DNA of 61,595 nucleotides from IMG/VR virus record IMGVR_UViG_3300037882_001257, positions 64,888-126,482 of that record. One strand, 5' to 3'. Source of the DNA: a virus. Positions 59,506 to 61,595 of the stretch are shown here, piece by piece (position 1 is the stretch's first letter; every line of letters begins with the position of its first letter). The notes under the pieces are model-generated. The model was not told the origin of the DNA. It did no database searches and saw only the letters and a program-made list of their open reading frames with translations. Made by a program: the position numbers and the translations under genes.

Positions 59506-60663
59506 TCATTCGTAGTTCCTTACGCTTACCCCCACTGGAAATCTTGGAACAGGATTCTCCGAAGTAGTCCAAGAGAAGAAGCGAACAGTTAGGAATTTAC
59601 CTACTAACTTGCCAGCTTTAAAATCCCGCCAATACTGTTCGCGTACTGCGTCATCACCCTCTGGTTTAACTCCAAAGACCGTGCCGGCCTTAGTCTTACA
59701 CAGGACTGTGCATTGGGCTTCCTGACGCCCCACGTTCTGCTCAGCCCCTACAATCTCAAACTCTTCGTCAATGAATAGCTTGAGCTTTTGTAGGTCGGCA
59801 GAACGACCACCAACCTTATAAGAACCTTTTAGGTTTCTCAACATAGCTCCTTCATAACCACTATTAATGTAACGATGTAGACCGTAAGTAATACCGTCTT
59901 TGTCTATCAGCAAGCCGGTCTCTACAACCTTGATACAATCTTTCGCAAAAGGCTTGATAAACTCATAGATGAATTTATTACGCTGTTCAAAATGGAGTCC
60001 TGGCATAGCCAAATTCACCACATCATAGATATGATATTGAACTTTCACACTCTCTTCGTCCGCGACATCCCTCTTAATAGACCCCACAAGGTCTTGGAAC
60101 TCGTCACCATGAACGTATAGTTCACCATCCAGATAAATTTCAGCGGTAAAGTTCTTGATGGTAGCTAATGCAGTCTCTATATGCCCCATCGACGTAAACC
60201 GCTTACCCTGCCGACTCCACAGACTTACACTCCCGTCAGATTCCCGCTTGGCAATGCAGCGAATCCCGTCTAGTTTAGGCTGGATATAGCACGGAAATTT
60301 GATGTGTTTACCATCCTTGAGTTTAGTCAAGTCATTACCGGCCTCAGCATAGGACTTAGCCAGCATCGGAGAAAAGGGCTTAGCTTCGCTCGCGTCGAGC
60401 GAGTAGCCTTTACGCTCCTGCTGCTTAGTCCATAGGGCTTTCGCCTCTAGCTGACATTGCTCCCACGCAGTAGTAGCGTTCGCCTTACCTATATTTTTAC
60501 CTGCGGCAACCTTGGTTGTAGTAGAGACTTGCGCCCCACCTACTTCGCCGTAAGTAACAGTGTAGAATGGAGGACTACCATCGTGAGCATTAATAACCCA
60601 CTGGCGGGTTTTGGCCTTAGTGTCTTGCTTGTAAAGAGTGTCGAATAGAATACCTTGGCTCAT
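59506..60663 (-). CDS. ATP-dependent DNA ligase
   Basis: QPKLDGIRC, LDGELY, YD, EGAMLR, KLK, PRFP. Confidence 0.92.
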   Translation of the reverse strand: MSQGILFDTLYKQDTKAKTRQWVINAHDGSPPFYTVTYGEVGGAQVSTTTKVAAGKNIGKANATTAWEQCQLEAKALWTKQQERKGYSLDASEAKPFSPMLAKSYAEAGNDLTKLKDGKHIKFPCYIQPKLDGIRCIAKRESDGSVSLWSRQGKRFTSMGHIETALATIKNFTAEIYLDGELYVHGDEFQDLVGSIKRDVADEESVKVQYHIYDVVNLAMPGLHFEQRNKFIYEFIKPFAKDCIKVVETGLLIDKDGITYGLHRYINSGYEGAMLRNLKGSYKVGGRSADLQKLKLFIDEEFEIVGAEQNVGRQEAQCTVLCKTKAGTVFGVKPEGDDAVREQYWRDFKAGKLVGKFLTVRFFSWTTSENPVPRFPVGVSVRNYE

Positions 60664-60994
60664 GCTTTTCTCCGTTGCAGATTAAACATTAGTTGTTCTT
60701 CAAGGGTTAACTTACTCAGAGCCTTATTCCAAATTTCAACTTCCTCCGTAGGAGTAAGCCCGATAACAATTGGTGTAGGTTCCGCACTACCTTCGTGCTG
60801 TAAAAGATATGTTTCATTATCTAGTTCAATGGTAATAGCCCATCCCTCTCCAATAGGAGCATCACCACCATACCAACCTCTTCCTTTAGCAACCTCCTGA
60901 GCCTGGGCATAAGTAGGGAAATACCACTTAGGGTAGCCACAGTGTCGGTCGTCATCCCCTTGATTAACAGTCCACACTTTGAATGGTTTATGCA

Positions 60995-61363
60995 TCACTT
61001 CTTGTTTCCTACTGTAATGTGGTATGCGGTAAAATCGCCTCGATAAATTGGTAGACCCAACTTCATTCTAATATCAGCGATTTCGTCGCTGTAGGCATCA
61101 ATCCAGAAATAAACAGGACCATACTGGATAACCCCGTCATACTGAATATCAATCAAGTCCCCGTCTCTATAGCCCCAATAGGTCCGGTCTGTTACTATAT
61201 CCGTGGCTTTGTTTCGCACAATCGTAACGTGTGCTGGATACTTTTGGGGTGAAGCACACTTATACTTCGGGATTAGGCTGTAGTAATAGTCTCCAAAAGA
61301 CCTGTCAAGCCACGCCTTACAGGTGTCACGGTAATACTGGACTTTAGCTTTAACCTGGAACAT
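60995..61363 (-). CDS. 2H phosphoesterase
   Basis: two HxT motifs, PAHVTIV and YHITVG. Confidence 0.75.
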   Translation of the reverse strand: MFQVKAKVQYYRDTCKAWLDRSFGDYYYSLIPKYKCASPQKYPAHVTIVRNKATDIVTDRTYWGYRDGDLIDIQYDGVIQYGPVYFWIDAYSDEIADIRMKLGLPIYRGDFTAYHITVGNKK

Positions 61364-61595
61364 TTCACTTTACTCAACGCTGACTGTTCTCTTAACTTGT
61401 AGTGGAGTACACTTAACAATTTGATATTTCGACCTAGTGTAGACAGAAGCCTCTTGTCTCTCAACCCACCTCTTCATTTCCTCTTCATCCTTAAATTTTT
61501 CGACACGAACATAATCAACAGAATGTGCCGGATACCCATGCCCAGGATTTGTACGAGAACGCTCGTCACCTTCAACATGGTAACTATCCTGAATA

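Noticed and set aside
1853-60900. Plus-strand ORFs in the six-frame track
   Set aside because: Antisense shadows of minus-strand genes with no recognisable motifs.
1-61595. Genome-wide stop-codon reassignment
   Set aside because: Long genes are intact in the standard code, TGA and TAG end many coupled genes, and I saw no suppressor tRNA. Only one internal TGA was found.

Overview
This window is a segment of a large dsDNA phage genome, probably jumbo-class. Essentially all genes are on the minus strand, tightly packed, mostly short and uncharacterised. It carries T4-like rIIA/rIIB, RuvB, an ATP-dependent DNA ligase, two RNA ligases, HNH and LAGLIDADG endonucleases, MazG and NADAR. By eye I find about 36 tRNA genes with assignable anticodons covering all 20 amino acids, 4 tRNA-like RNAs with broken anticodon arms, and a tmRNA whose tag frame is 46 codons long. 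Many of the tRNAs are non-canonical: shrunken D-arms with extended anticodon stems, Leu and Tyr without a variable arm, a Pro with a long variable arm, C33, and a near-uniform N-C-U 3' trailer. Several structured non-tRNA spacers lie between the tRNAs. There is also a dispersed RNA end-healing/ligation kit, a 10-gene glycosylation cluster (KdsB, GT29-like, RmlB) and a 5-gene operon encoding a matrixin with a cysteine-switch prodomain plus two exported CxxCH (c-type heme) proteins. The CxxCH proteins and a peptidase-like gene hint at a Planctomycetota host (inference). All calls come from reading the sequence; no searches or folding programs were run, and RNA ends may be off by 1-2 nt.
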